DNA from: Lama guanicoe
Taxonomy: Eukaryota
Assembly (NCBI GenBank): GCA_013239625.1
Contig: MU054323.1
Coordinates: 14,574,029 to 14,638,028, forward strand
Direction of reading: 5' to 3'
DNA length: 64,000 nt
Made by a program: the position numbers and the translations under genes
In this document: in pieces, positions 25,058 through 36,775 of the stretch
Position numbering within the stretch: position 1 is the first letter of the stretch
How the letters are laid out: every line of letters begins with the position of its first letter
The notes under the pieces: generated by a model
Told to the model about the DNA's origin: nothing
The model's input: the letters and a program-made list of their open reading frames with translations, nothing else
Databases searched by the model: none

Positions 25058-26654
25058 AAGAAAAAGAACATAAATACAAAACAGAAACAGACTCACAGAC
25101 ATCATAGACATAGAATCCAAACTTGTGGTTGCCAAGGGGGAGGAGTTGGGAAGGGACAGACTGGGAGTTTGAAATTTGTAGATAATGACAGGCATATGTA
25201 GAATAGATAAACAAGATTATACTGTATAGCATAGGGAAATACATACAAGATCTTGTGGTAGCTCACAGCGAAAAAGAATGTGACAATGAATAAATGTATG
25301 TTCATGTATAACTGAAAAACTGTGCTCTACAGTGGAAATTGACACAACCTTGTAAACTGAGTATAACTCAATAAAAAAATTTATAAAAAATAATTACCTC
25401 AACTTATCATAAATTAAAAAAAAAGATTCATCCAATTGTACATATGAAGTATGTGTTGTGTACTGTACAGGAACCATACCACAATAAGTGGTTAAAAAAA
25501 AAAGCAATTCTGAAAGAGAATTGGAGCTCAACATAACAACTTTTATAGACTGTCAAAAAAGAACAAGGAAATTGATTAAACCTAATTCTACAGAATATGT
25601 ATTTGGTAAGAATGACTGTGTTTTGAAATAAAAAATGAGTTAGAATTTGAAAGCTTTCTACTATTCAAATTTGTAAAATATATGGTGCCCATATTTTACA
25701 TTCAACTTTTCTAGTGAAAAAAGGATGGTATCAAAATAAAATTTTTAGAGAGTAACAGTAAAGAATGAGAAGTCCTAGGTATGTAACTTGGACAGCTTAG
25801 TGTGTAAACAGAAGTTATAAAACTTAGGAATTAGTAGATGTGAAGAAAAGTTAAAATTATGATTTTTTAGTAAGAGAATGGACTTTGAAAGCAAGCCAAG
25901 AAGTTTAAGCAAAGAAAAAAAATCAACAAAAGCAAAATTTTGGCTGCTACCCTCTCCCTAATTAAGTGCTTTAAAATTTATTAACAATTACATTTAAACA
26001 GAATACTATGTCACACAAAAAAGCAAGAAATAGTCCAATTTATTACAATATTTATATCCAAGAGAATTTAAGTAAGTGCTTGTTTTCAGTTTCTCTGTTT
26101 TAATATGAGGTATCTGGAAGCATTCAATTTACCTGTTTATTTTGGTAGGGAAATAAAGATCCTCTTTTCATGAGAATTTTAAGTACTTTTCAAATGGTTC
26201 AAACAAGGTCATGGAATAAGCTAAATAAGTTTCCCAAGACGGTGAGAAAGTTTATAGCATGAGAATTTTGTAGAACTTGTATGATGGTGGGGTGAAAGAC
26301 AAAAATTAGAAACAAAAAAATTAAAGCTACATTTGAGGAAAGAAAATAAAATGATGAAGTTGGAAATACGAAGTTTTGAAAAGGAGTTTTTTTCATGTGG
26401 GTTTAATTTCCTGGACTCATGCTCTAATATTTTATGAGACTAACACTGATGAAGAATCTCAGTCAATCCCCAAATAACTAATGACAAAGGATTAAGTAAT
26501 TAATCCAGTTTAGAGAATGTTCATTATAGAATTGGGGAGATATCAGCAAATGAATTTATCTCAAACACTAAGGAAAAAATTTAAGCAGCTTTTCCACAAA
26601 GAAATGTCTTCATATCAGTTGGAAAGATATATCAATATACAACATCATTCTTTA

Positions 26655-26830
26655 GTGTAGTAGGTCCCCAACCTGCCTGACCCTGAGATGTAAATGCTTG
26701 ATAAATAGATCCTCAGGTCCCTCCCCCTAGAGATTCTGAATCAGTGTCAGGGGAGTGGGAAGGAAGCTCTAGAATCTGTCTTCTGTATCATACAGGTGAA
26801 CTGTATCATCACGCACTTCAGAAAGTTCCA
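26655..26830. mobile_element. MER5-like hAT-Charlie DNA transposon remnant
   Basis: aaatagatcctcaggtccctcccctagagattctgaatcagt...agaatctgt. Confidence 0.6.
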
Positions 26831-27286
26831 TTTTGTAAGGCAGCAAGAATCATATTGAAGTCTTACATATTGTTCCAGTAATGTCATATTGCTCAGTCCA
26901 TTTTCTCTTCTGAGAAGGGGTCTCTCTCTAGATCTTTCTATCTTCCTAAATCCAAATCAGACATCAAATCCCTAAGTGCATTTTTATCTGTGATATCTAT
27001 GTACTTCACATAGAATGTTGTTTTCCATGAATAAACTGTTTATAAATTGTTAGCTTATATTTTATATATTTGTTAATAGTACCAATATCAGTCCATCCCT
27101 TATCAACATCCAAAACCCTTTTTTAAAATCATACTTAATTCCAAAATGAAGACAAAGCACCATTTTATTTACTGTTTAACTTGATATAGCTATTCCACAT
27201 ACAACCAAAAACATGCTAAATCTTTCCCCACAAGACAGTCTCTACTTCTCCTGATTGGTTCACATTACCCTTTTGATATTAAATAT

Positions 27287-27795
27287 TGTTGAAGATAAAG
27301 TCAGAAACTAGTCACAGTGATAATGATGGTAATTGCTATTGAAACAGGGAAGAGAGTCCAGCATGAACTGAATTCAGCTTTATAGACACAAAGGCAAGAG
27401 AATTTTTAAAGGCTGAGATGTGCTAGGGGAAGGGCACTGAAGGGTACAAAGGGAGGCTTGGTCCATGTGACTAGACCATGTGTATTTACTAATTGGTCCT
27501 TATTTGGAGGAGAAACAAACTTCTCCTATGTTTATGACAGGAGGCAGCGGTGCAAGTTGGACTGTGGTGCCCAACACACTTAAGTCCTTACCTTTCCAGA
27601 GACAGGGAGTGTTGTGAGAGTTATCTCCCTAAACATTTGTATTTCACAGAAACAGCTCTTTGGTTTTTGAAGAGACAGTTCTTGAAGGTAGAAGATTTAC
27701 ATCTCAAAGGGTTAGAGAAAGGATTTATAATGGCAAACTTTCTGAAGTATCTGCTATAAGAAGAGGTTCAGGGGTCTGTCACCAGGTTTTGGCTG
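27287..27795 (-). mobile_element. ERV1-class LTR (MER34/MER39-like), truncated on the right
   Basis: gggaagagagtccagcatgaactgaattcagc and gaagatttacatctcaaagg resemble this LTR group; family call tentative. Confidence 0.5.
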
Positions 27796-28670
27796 TAAGT
27801 GGTCTTTGGAAAGTTGGACAGCTGCATGTAAATCAGTGAGGTTAGAACACTCCCTGACACCATATAGAAAAATAAACTCAAAGTGGCTTATATTGTGAAG
27901 CATTGTGCTTTACACCAGAAATTGACACATTGTAAACTGACTATATTTCAATAAAAATATATATTAAAAAGAAAAAAGTGGCTTAAAGACTTAAACATAA
28001 CACAAGACACTATTAGTCTCCTAGAAGAAAACATAGGCAAAACATTCTGTGCATAAATCTTAGCAATGTTTTCCTAGGGCAGTCTACCCATGCAATAGAA
28101 ATAAAACACCACTTTCCTTAATGATCAGCAGTTCCACTCCTGGTCATATATCCAGAGGAAACTCTAATTCAAAAAGATACATGCACCCCAGTGTTCATAG
28201 CAGTAATATTTACAATAGCTAAGACATGGAAACAACGTAAATGCCAGTCAACAGAGGACTGGATAAATAAGTTGTAGTGTATTTACACAATGGAATACTA
28301 CTCAGCCATAAAAAAGAATAAAATAGTGCCATTTGCAGCAACATGGATGGACCTGGAGATTGTCTTACTAAGTCAATTAAGTCAGAAAAAGAAAGAAAAA
28401 TACCATATCATATCACTTAGATGCGGAATCTAAAAGAAATGAGACAAATGAACTTATTTATGAAACAGAAACAGACTCACAGACGTGGACAACAAAATTG
28501 TGGTTACCAGGGGGAAAAGGAGAGGTAGAGAGAGAAATTGGGAGTTTGGGACTTGCAGATTACTAACTACTATATATAAAATAAATCAACAGGAAGGTCC
28601 TACTATATAGAACAGGGAACTATATTCGATACCTTATAATAGCCTATAATGAAAAAGAATATAAAAAGGA

Positions 28671-28701
<31 letters not shown>

Positions 28702-28768
28702 TGAATCATTGTTCTCTATACTAGAAATTAACACAACATTGCAAGCCGAGTATACGTCAATAAAAAAT
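27796..28768 (+). mobile_element. L1 3' fragment with an internal deletion (~28107-28125) and a nested mini-L1 tail
   Basis: Late ORF2 text, 3'UTR with (TA)n, AATAAA and A-tail at ~28759-28768. Confidence 0.9.
27891..27974 (+). mobile_element. Extremely 5'-truncated L1 insertion (84 bp of 3'UTR end)
   Basis: acaccagaaattgacacattgtaaactgactatatttcaataaa plus A-rich tail. TSD aaagtggctta at 27880-27890 and 27975-27985. Confidence 0.9.
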
Positions 28769-28929
28769 CTGATTTCTTCTTCATAGTCAGAATCACTCAC
28801 CCCAGCCAGAACAGCATCTTCTTTCTTTGTCTGCTGCTTCACTGGCACCAAGAGACCAAGGTATCCAGAGACGCTTCTCAAATCCCAGTTCAGTGGAATC
28901 ACTGCTACATTTCTACCCCTTGATTCCAT
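28769..28929 (-). pseudogene. ERV-L/MaLR internal fragment encoding a degenerate dUTPase
   Basis: IPLNWDLRSVSGYLGLLVPVKQQTKKEDAVLAGVSDSDYEEEI resembles the ERV-L dUTPase signature (IPLNWKLRLPPGHFGLL...VLAGVIDPDYQGEI, recalled). Confidence 0.75.
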
Positions 28930-28959
28930 ATATTGTAAAACCTATGAAGAGACACAGAG

Positions 28960-31890
28960 AAAAAAAAAAGATCCAATTGTAATTTCAACAGATGAGTATC
29001 ACAATGTGTAAACTGAAAAATCCACGCATAAGATTAACAGCAGAGTAGATATTGCAAAAGAAAGGTTAATAAAATTGAATACACGGCAATAGAACATATG
29101 CAACATAAAATACCTAAAAAAATTAAATTAAATGAATATAATATCAATGACCTGTGAAAAACTTCATCTAATACATACATATACACATATATGTATATGT
29201 AAACAGTCCATAAAACAGATGAGCAAGAAAACATTTTTTGAAGAAATAATGGTAGAGAAATTTTCAGATTTTCTGAAAAATATCAAAACCACAGATCCAA
29301 GAAATTCAGTGACCTCCAAGTGTGAGAAACACAAAGAAAACTGTAGTAATGAGTCAGAAAAGGAATTAGCAAAGGTAAAATATTTTATTTTTCTTATTCT
29401 GAATTAATCTAAAAAAGAACTGAGTGTTTAAGGAAATAATATAACAAAGTACTGAGTATTTAGAGTATATGTAAAAGTGAAATAAATTACAACAATGTCA
29501 CAGGGATGAGAGGGAGAAACGTGAGATATTTTGTCCTAAGTTGACTGTACTATACATGAGCAGTATGGTACTATTTTAAATAGATTTAGATTATTTGATA
29601 ATCTATTTTGCACAGTCTTTAGGTACCACTATTTTTTAAGTATAAATGATAGCTTAATAGATTAGATAAAATTGAAGCATAAGAATTCTCAATTAAAATA
29701 GAGAAGTTCAGAAAAGGGGGACATTAATCAATGAACAAATGTAACAAAAAGAAAAGAGCAAGGTTATAATCCAAATATATTAAAATCACTTTATAAGTAA
29801 ATAGTTTAAACACATAGTTAAAAGGGAGAGATTAACAGAGTGGATTAAAAACACATCTAAGTTCTATCTGCATAAAGTTGATGATAAATTTTTTAAAGCA
29901 GATTAACTGTAAAGAGATGCAATAAGATATAAAATGCTAACATTAATCAAAAGAAATTTGGAATAGTTATAATTTCACATAAAGCTAACGTCTGGCCAAA
30001 GAATAGTATCAGGGATGAGAGGGGACATTTTACAATGATAAAGGGGCCACTTCTCCAAAAAATGCTAAACATGTATGTACCTACCAACTGTTTTAACTGT
30101 CTTACCTTGGGTAAAGTATGATGAGGTCAGACATAGATCAAGAGAGGGAAAATGAGAAAAGTTTTACAGTTTGTTATATTTACAGTTCCCCGAGAAGAAC
30201 ACAGTACAACATGCAGGGCCACTCAGGTTTCTGTAGAAGAGGGCAAGTCAGGAGAAGCAGAAGGAACGAAACGAGTAATCTGATTAATTTCAGCAAGCTC
30301 TAGGGCATGGGGCAGTCCCTGGCTGTCTTACTGCCCTGGGGCCCTGGGGCAAGCAGGGCAGGTGCACAGTGACCTAGAGTGTGAAAATCAGATGGCCAAT
30401 AAAAGGGAGGTGGTTGAGAATGTGGACTTAGTTGGATGTTCAAGGAGAGGGGGTGACTGGTCTCTAGCTCAAGCCTCAAAACTGGGTCAAGACAGTATTT
30501 TTTTAATGTGTGTGTGTGTGTGTGTGTGTGTGTATAAATATATATAAAACACCAAGAGTGTCAAAATACCTAAGACAAAGACTGATGCAAATTAAATAAA
30601 AATAGACAAATCCACATAAATAGTTGGGACTTCCAATACCCCATCTCAGTAGTTGATGGGTCAAGCAGGCAGAAAATTAGTAAAAATATAGATGATCTGA
30701 ACAGCACTATCCATCAGCTTGACCTAATTGACATAGAGCACTCTGAGTAACTGTAAAATACATATTCTTCTCATGCTCACACGCAAAATTCACCTAGATG
30801 GATCATGTTCTGGGCCATAAAACATACCTTAACAAATTTAAAGAACAGAAATCACAGAAAATAAATTTAAAAGCATATAACAGAATTAAAATTAAATCAC
30901 AGAAAGATAGCTGAAAAATTCCCAACTATTTGGTATAAATAATCCATAGATAAAACTAAGATGACACAAGAGACAATAAAATTTATTTATAACTAAATGA
31001 AATTAAAATTGTAACATCAAAATTTGAGGAATGCTGCTTACTCAGTGCTTAGAGAGGTAAATTTATAGCATTAAATGTATACATTAGAAAAGGGGAATGA
31101 TATAAAATCAATAACCTAAGTTTCCACCTTAAGACACTGAAAGATAGAAGGAAGATCATAAAAAATAAATGCAGAAATCAATGAAATTGAAAATAGGGAA
31201 AAAATGGAGAAAATCTGTAAAACAAAAATCTTGTTTTTTAAAAACAAAAATAAAAATCAAGAAACCTCTACCCAGGATAATCCAAAAAAAAAAATGAGAG
31301 AGAGATGACATAATTATCAGTATGAGAAATAAAACAGTAGTCACCACTGATCCCACAGAAATTAAGAAGCTAATAAGAGAATGCTATGCACAACTGTGTG
31401 TCCATATATTTGATAACTTTGATATCATGGGCCAATTTACTGAAACAGACTAAGTATCAAAACACATCCAAGGAAGAATAGATAAACTGAACACTGCAGT
31501 AACTATTAAAGATGTTTAATTAGTATTTAAACGCATTCCAAAAATAATAATAAAACACTATGCCCCAGATAGTTTTACTGGTGAATTTTACCAAATATTT
31601 AAGGAAGAAATATCATTTCTACATTATTTCTTTCGAAACAACAGAAGTGATGGGAACACTTCCAAACTCATTTTATGAGGCCTGCATTACTTTTAATAGA
31701 AAAACTAGAAAGAGAAAAGTACAAGAAAACTACAAGCCAATGTTGCTCATATAGACACAAATCTAACAAAACATCAGTTAATAAATCTTTCAATATATAA
31801 AAGAGATAATACATTATCAAGTGTGGCTTATACAAGGAATGTGAGTTTTATTCAGCATTCTTAAATCAATATATTTATCATTACAAGGAA
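28960..31890 (+). mobile_element. Old L1 (L1M-type): ORF1, spacer and 5' ORF2 remnants
   Basis: FEEIMVEKFSDF (ORF1); atagttgggacttccaatacccc (EN); GTLPNSFYEACIT, ENYKP (RT). Confidence 0.85.
30089..30550 (-). mobile_element. ERVL-type solo LTR (MER76/MER74/MER54-like) with (TG)n, inserted in old L1
   Basis: Non-L1 block between atgtacctaccaac and accaagagtgtcaaaatac, which join as L1 ORF2. It contains aatttcagcaagctctagggcatggggcagtccct. Confidence 0.6.
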
Positions 31891-32600
31891 AACAGCAAGA
31901 GCTTCTAGGGGTTTACATGGTTTAGGGGACAAAAAGTAAAGACAAGAGTCTGTTGAAGAAGAATGTCCCTAAGAAAAGCCCAGGATCTCATTTGGAACTC
32001 CTACAGGACTACCTTCTAGGAGAAACTGTAAGCTGGAAATATACCAGATCCCCTATCCCTATCAATTCAATCTCTGTATGAATATAATGTCACCATACTA
32101 TAGCTGCCTGTCAGAACAAAATCCATACCAGAGAAAGATAATATTGTCCAAAGGCTTACATTTTCACTTCTGTTTCTCATGCACAAAGTTTGACAGTTTG
32201 GTAAATCAAGTATCTCTGCTCAAAAAAAAAAAGTATTGAGGAGAGATGATAGCAGGCAGATGGCTAGTGACAGCCAGTGTTAGAATCACTAGACGGCATC
32301 CCTCACAGTCTGCTTAGTGAGGAAACTAGAACTTAAAATGGTGCTCACTCCACAGCACATCTTTGTTTTCTTTGTCATGTTGCTCTCCACAATTCTCCCC
32401 ATGGAGCAGGAGACAGGCAAATAGATGAACATAACTCATGGCCATGGCCATGGCCTTAGTGACTGATGCAGGTGTAAGTGAGGAGAGAGACTCACTTTAC
32501 TTTAGATACAGGAAAGACTTCAGTGAATTGAGAGTTTGCTTTCTTTAATTCTGCAATTTCCCTGAAAGCTGGCATTCCAGCAGCTTCATATATCATAGAA

Positions 32601-32966
32601 TGTTATAGGTTGAATTGTGACCCCCCCTCCCAAACAAATGTTGCACTTCTACACCACACCATAATCAATTAGGGTGGTTCCTAATCCAATATGACTGGTG
32701 TCCTTATTAAACAGAGGCAACTGTCAAATGACAACAGAGGAAGAGACGAGAATGATGCAATTGCAAGTCAAGGAAAGCCAAGGGTGATGGCCACCAGAAG
32801 CTGGGAAGAGGCAAGGAAGGGTTATATCCAGAGTCTCAAAGAGAGAATGGCCCTGCTGCCACCATCTTAGGCTTCAAGCCTCCAGAACTATGAGAGAATG
32901 AATTTCTGTTGTTTTAAGTCACCTTGCTTGTGGTCATTTGTTACTACAGCCTAGGAAACTAATACA
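32601..32966 (+). mobile_element. MaLR solo LTR (MLT1C-like)
   Basis: TG...CA ends (tgttataggttgaattgtg...ggaaactaataca) and 5-bp TSD tagaa/tagac. Confidence 0.88.
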
Positions 32967-34629
32967 TAGACTGACCAGAGACACTAAGCCTCTGAGACAA
33001 TTTTATAATGTGGCAGAGGAGCAAAATAATGACCAGAATTCTGCATGGATAGAGCCAACCAGAGAAGTCAGTACAATAGTCTGGCTACCCCAAATTCTGT
33101 TAGATATCAAGCTTAAATTCATTAGTTCTCAAGAAGGTGTCACTGACTGCCTTCAGGAAGAAGAGAAAGCTGACTCCTGGACACAAATCATCTATCCAGC
33201 AGACAGGAATACCTGTGAGATGGGATGGTGGCCAGAGGAGTCTGTCAAGATGACAGAGTGTTCTCCAACAACACAGAATTCCCATGGGGGAATAAACTGG
33301 TGGAAGAAATCCAGGAAGGCAAGCTCCTTTTCAGTATTTAGGTGACAAGCAAATATTCCCCATTTTCCACGTGTGGCATAAATGATTCATTTCTTTTTAC
33401 AAAGAAGAAAAACGCTATGCCTTCCCTACCTTATGTATCTGTTATATATGGAAAATCTGAAGTTGCTAAGTGTGTCCCAGCAACCCAAATGATATGCAGG
33501 CATCACAAATGTCTGCTTTTTTTTTTCTCTTAGCACACACCAAGGGCAGTGCCCTTAGTGTCTAGCACAGTGCCTGACACATAGCATCTGCTGGGTGAAT
33601 GTTCGCTGGCTTAATGGGAACTTCTGCCAACCCTAACACTCAGCTACTCTACACACACAACAAAAACCCAGGAGAACAACCTATTGATTTATTTACCCTT
33701 ACTTTGCCATTTTAAATTAAACCCAGTGCACTCACAGAGAAACTGCTCTGACTGTAGCTATCTGGTATGTGATTCAGATTAATTGCCTCTGCAGTCATTC
33801 ATGAATTTTGGCACTGTTTGTATTTTGGTAAGCAAAACTAGGGAAATTTATTTTTGGCTGTCTGCATCAATCTTTATTTGGACAACTAAATGAACCACTA
33901 TAAAACCGCACTGTCAAAATGGTTGATGTGATTTGGTAACATAGAGTGGGTGATTACCTGGCCTTATACATCGTTCGGGTTTTCTGCTGTTGAGACCATC
34001 ACCTGCATCTTTTGACTGCATGTATTTGGGGAACTGAGCCAGTTCCCATTTCATCGTGTAAGGCTGATCTGATCGTGCAGAAACCATACAGTCAGCACTT
34101 TAGATAATGAAACAATTTGCAAGGTTCTGAATGACAGACAGCAATGAGGAAACACTTTGTACTGTGCTTTCAAGGTAAAATTTCAGCAGTAATTTTGTTT
34201 ATATGAGGGCCGCACATACCTCTTTGCCCTAAATGGTCTTGGTTTACACCAGATGCCTTGCTGTAATGATTAATAGCATCCACGTTTGATTCCCAAATTA
34301 CTCCTATTTAATGATAAATTATATGGTCACACTTCTATGTAACACCTTCTTTGGGGTTTCATAAGTGAATAGACTCCAGCAGCCTGAAAGGAATTAGATA
34401 CAAATATTTACAGCCTTCTGGAAGTGACAAGACAGAAAAGATGCAGCATATATAACACAGGTTTAGGTAAGGGAACAATGGGTCAAGGATAGTTGATGGA
34501 AGAACAAACATAATATATCCAGGCAGAAAGAGTAAATGAGAGATCATAACTTAGGAAAGAATAAAAAAGTGTCACGGTACCAGAAGGGCTAGCAGAGTTC
34601 AAAAATGACATCAACAAAATTTGGGGCAA

Positions 34630-34920
34630 CAATTATATAAGCTGTTGTTTAATGGGCATCTACTATGTGCCAGATATGCCCCCCAAATATATGTAATACC
34701 CATATTTATATACATATATTTATATATTTAATATAAATAATTTATATATACTTAATATCAATCTAGACAATAGACTTTGTAAGTTCACATTTTATAGATA
34801 AAAATGGAGACTCAGAGAGTTTAAATGATCTGTTGAGTCAGTTATATGATGAGACCAGTTTATAAAACTGGACCTACCTGGCTTTTGAAACCCTATACTC
34901 TAAATATGCACTTTATGACC
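34630..34920 (-). mobile_element. MIR SINE
   Basis: catctactatgtgccag, cattttatagataaaaatggagactcagagagtttaaatga. Confidence 0.75.
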
Positions 34921-36056
34921 TCTCTTCAGACTCTATGATCAATGACTTCTGACTCCAGGGCCTTACACTTTGTTTTGCATAGACTGGGAAAATCTCACAG
35001 GATTTTGTGAAAAGACAGAGAGAGAAAAAAAAGTAAGAAATGCATGTAATAAATCGTTTTCCCAAAGTGTTAGTGGAACAAGACTAGAACCAAATACAAG
35101 ATATTTTAATCTAGTAATTATACCCCTACCTAGTGATAGCTCAGCAATAAAAGATAAAGAAAATGAAGGTTTTTAAAATATGTATTTTTAACCATGGTTT
35201 CAGAATTATGCTGAAATTTACATACAGCAGTGGAGTCCTTGTCAACAATTTATTCATTAAGGTTCTATTGGTGAATTCTTTGTACTTGTCAGCTTTATAT
35301 TTATTTTTAAATATTACTTGAAAGAAATTTTAAAATTATATTTGTGATTAATATTTTTCAATAGGCAAGATAAAAATGTAAATCTTTTCATGGTCATTGA
35401 TTCCTTGGCCAATCTCAATGGTCTTCAAGTCTCACTGCAAACTGTCTTTAAAGTTATCTCCAGTTTTTCTAGGACTCATTTGGAATCTATCTTAACTTAG
35501 TTTCTAGTTGATTTAGTGAATCTCACTTACTCTGTTAAATGCATATGTCCCTTCTCAGTAGCCCAGAAATCACCTGCCACCAGTATCTCTTCTTCAATAT
35601 TCCCTATAGATAAAACAGAATTTTGTCATGAGAGAAAAGATTGTGAAAGGAATACATGGCTCTAGAACACTTTTGAGGATCAAAGTGGTTCCCTACGGAG
35701 ATAATGACACGTTTAGTTACCAAGCAAGCACAACTGACTGAAAGTTTTTACCATCGTCAGAGTATGCACATGATCACAGGATTTACTAGAATGAAAAGCC
35801 CTTTCCTCTAGAGATTTAGACCCTATAGTATCCATAATTCTCAGCTACCTAGAGGTACCACTGACTGCTTCAAAACACCTCTAATATCTTTCCATGTGAC
35901 AGAACTTTCCCCTATTTTTCCCTTCTTCACATCATTCCCATTGTGTATTCAACAAATCTTGTCATGTCTATCTCACTCGATGAACACCATCATCCCTGCT
36001 TTTCAGAAGCACTGCAACAGTCTTATCATCAGTCTACTTGCTTCTATTTTCTCTTA

Positions 36057-36262
36057 GATCAGCAAATTTCTTCTATAAGAGTCAAATAGTAAATTTTTTC
36101 AGTTTTGCAGGCCATCGATTCCCTATCACAGCTACTCGAATCTGCTGTAGTAGCAGGAAAGAATCACAGTCAACACGTAAATGAATAGGAGTGGCTGTGT
36201 TCCAGTAAAACTTTATTTACAAAAACAGGAAGCAGCCAGGGAGTTATAGTCTGAAGACCCAC
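36057..36262. mobile_element. MER58A-like DNA transposon
   Basis: tcagcaaatttcttctataagagtcaaatagtaaat...gtggctgtgttccagtaaaactttatttacaaaaacagg. Confidence 0.85.
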
Positions 36263-36504
36263 AGGCTGTATTCAGTTATGTGTTTTAGAAAAAAAAAAAC
36301 AGTAAGCAAACACAACATTCATGGAGTAGAACCAAAGTCTCATATTTGGTACCTATTGCTCTGTGTAGCCCTTTGAGTCTTATTCCTAACTTATCTTTCC
36401 TGGCTCATCTTCCTGGTACTTCCACCCATTCACAATATTCATGTAGTATCAGGCATGTAATAGATACTTTATAATATAATTAATCCAAAAGTCAATCAGG
36501 CATC

Positions 36505-36775
36505 CTGCAAACGTACATTGAGCACCTACCACGCACGAGCATTGTTCGAGGCTTTGGAAATACAGCAATAAGCAAAACAAAACTTCTGGTCTCAGGTAGC
36601 TTATATTTTAGTAGGAAGGAAACATGAAACAAGCAAGGAAATAAATATATATTATATCAGGTAGTACTAAAAACTCAGGTAATAAAAGAGTGAAGAATCC
36701 TCTTTTGTATCAGATTAAGAAAATTTTCACGTATGAGGTAACATATGAGCATACCTGAATGAAGTGGGAAATTAA
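36505..36775 (-). mobile_element. L2 3' end
   Basis: attgagcacctaccacg...ggaaatacagcaataagcaaaacaaa, gaggtaacatatgagca. Confidence 0.7.

Larger units (their letters stand above)
18295..25422 (+). mobile_element. Full-length (~7.1 kb) LINE-1, inactivated
   Basis: YY1-type CAAGATGGC at 18307-18315, GC-rich 5'UTR then T-rich tract (~19490-19860), ORF1 and ORF2 remnants, AATAAA at 25370. TSD aagattcatc(a/c)aattg at 18279-18294 and 25423-25438. Confidence 0.97.
17176..25503 (+). mobile_element. 5'-truncated decayed L1 with chimeric 3' tail (copy B; 17176-18294 and 25423-25503), split by the full-length L1
   Basis: Aligns by eye with 6098-7193. The tail continues after the inserted L1 (tactgtacaggaaccataccacaataag, then A-tract). 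Confidence 0.9.
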
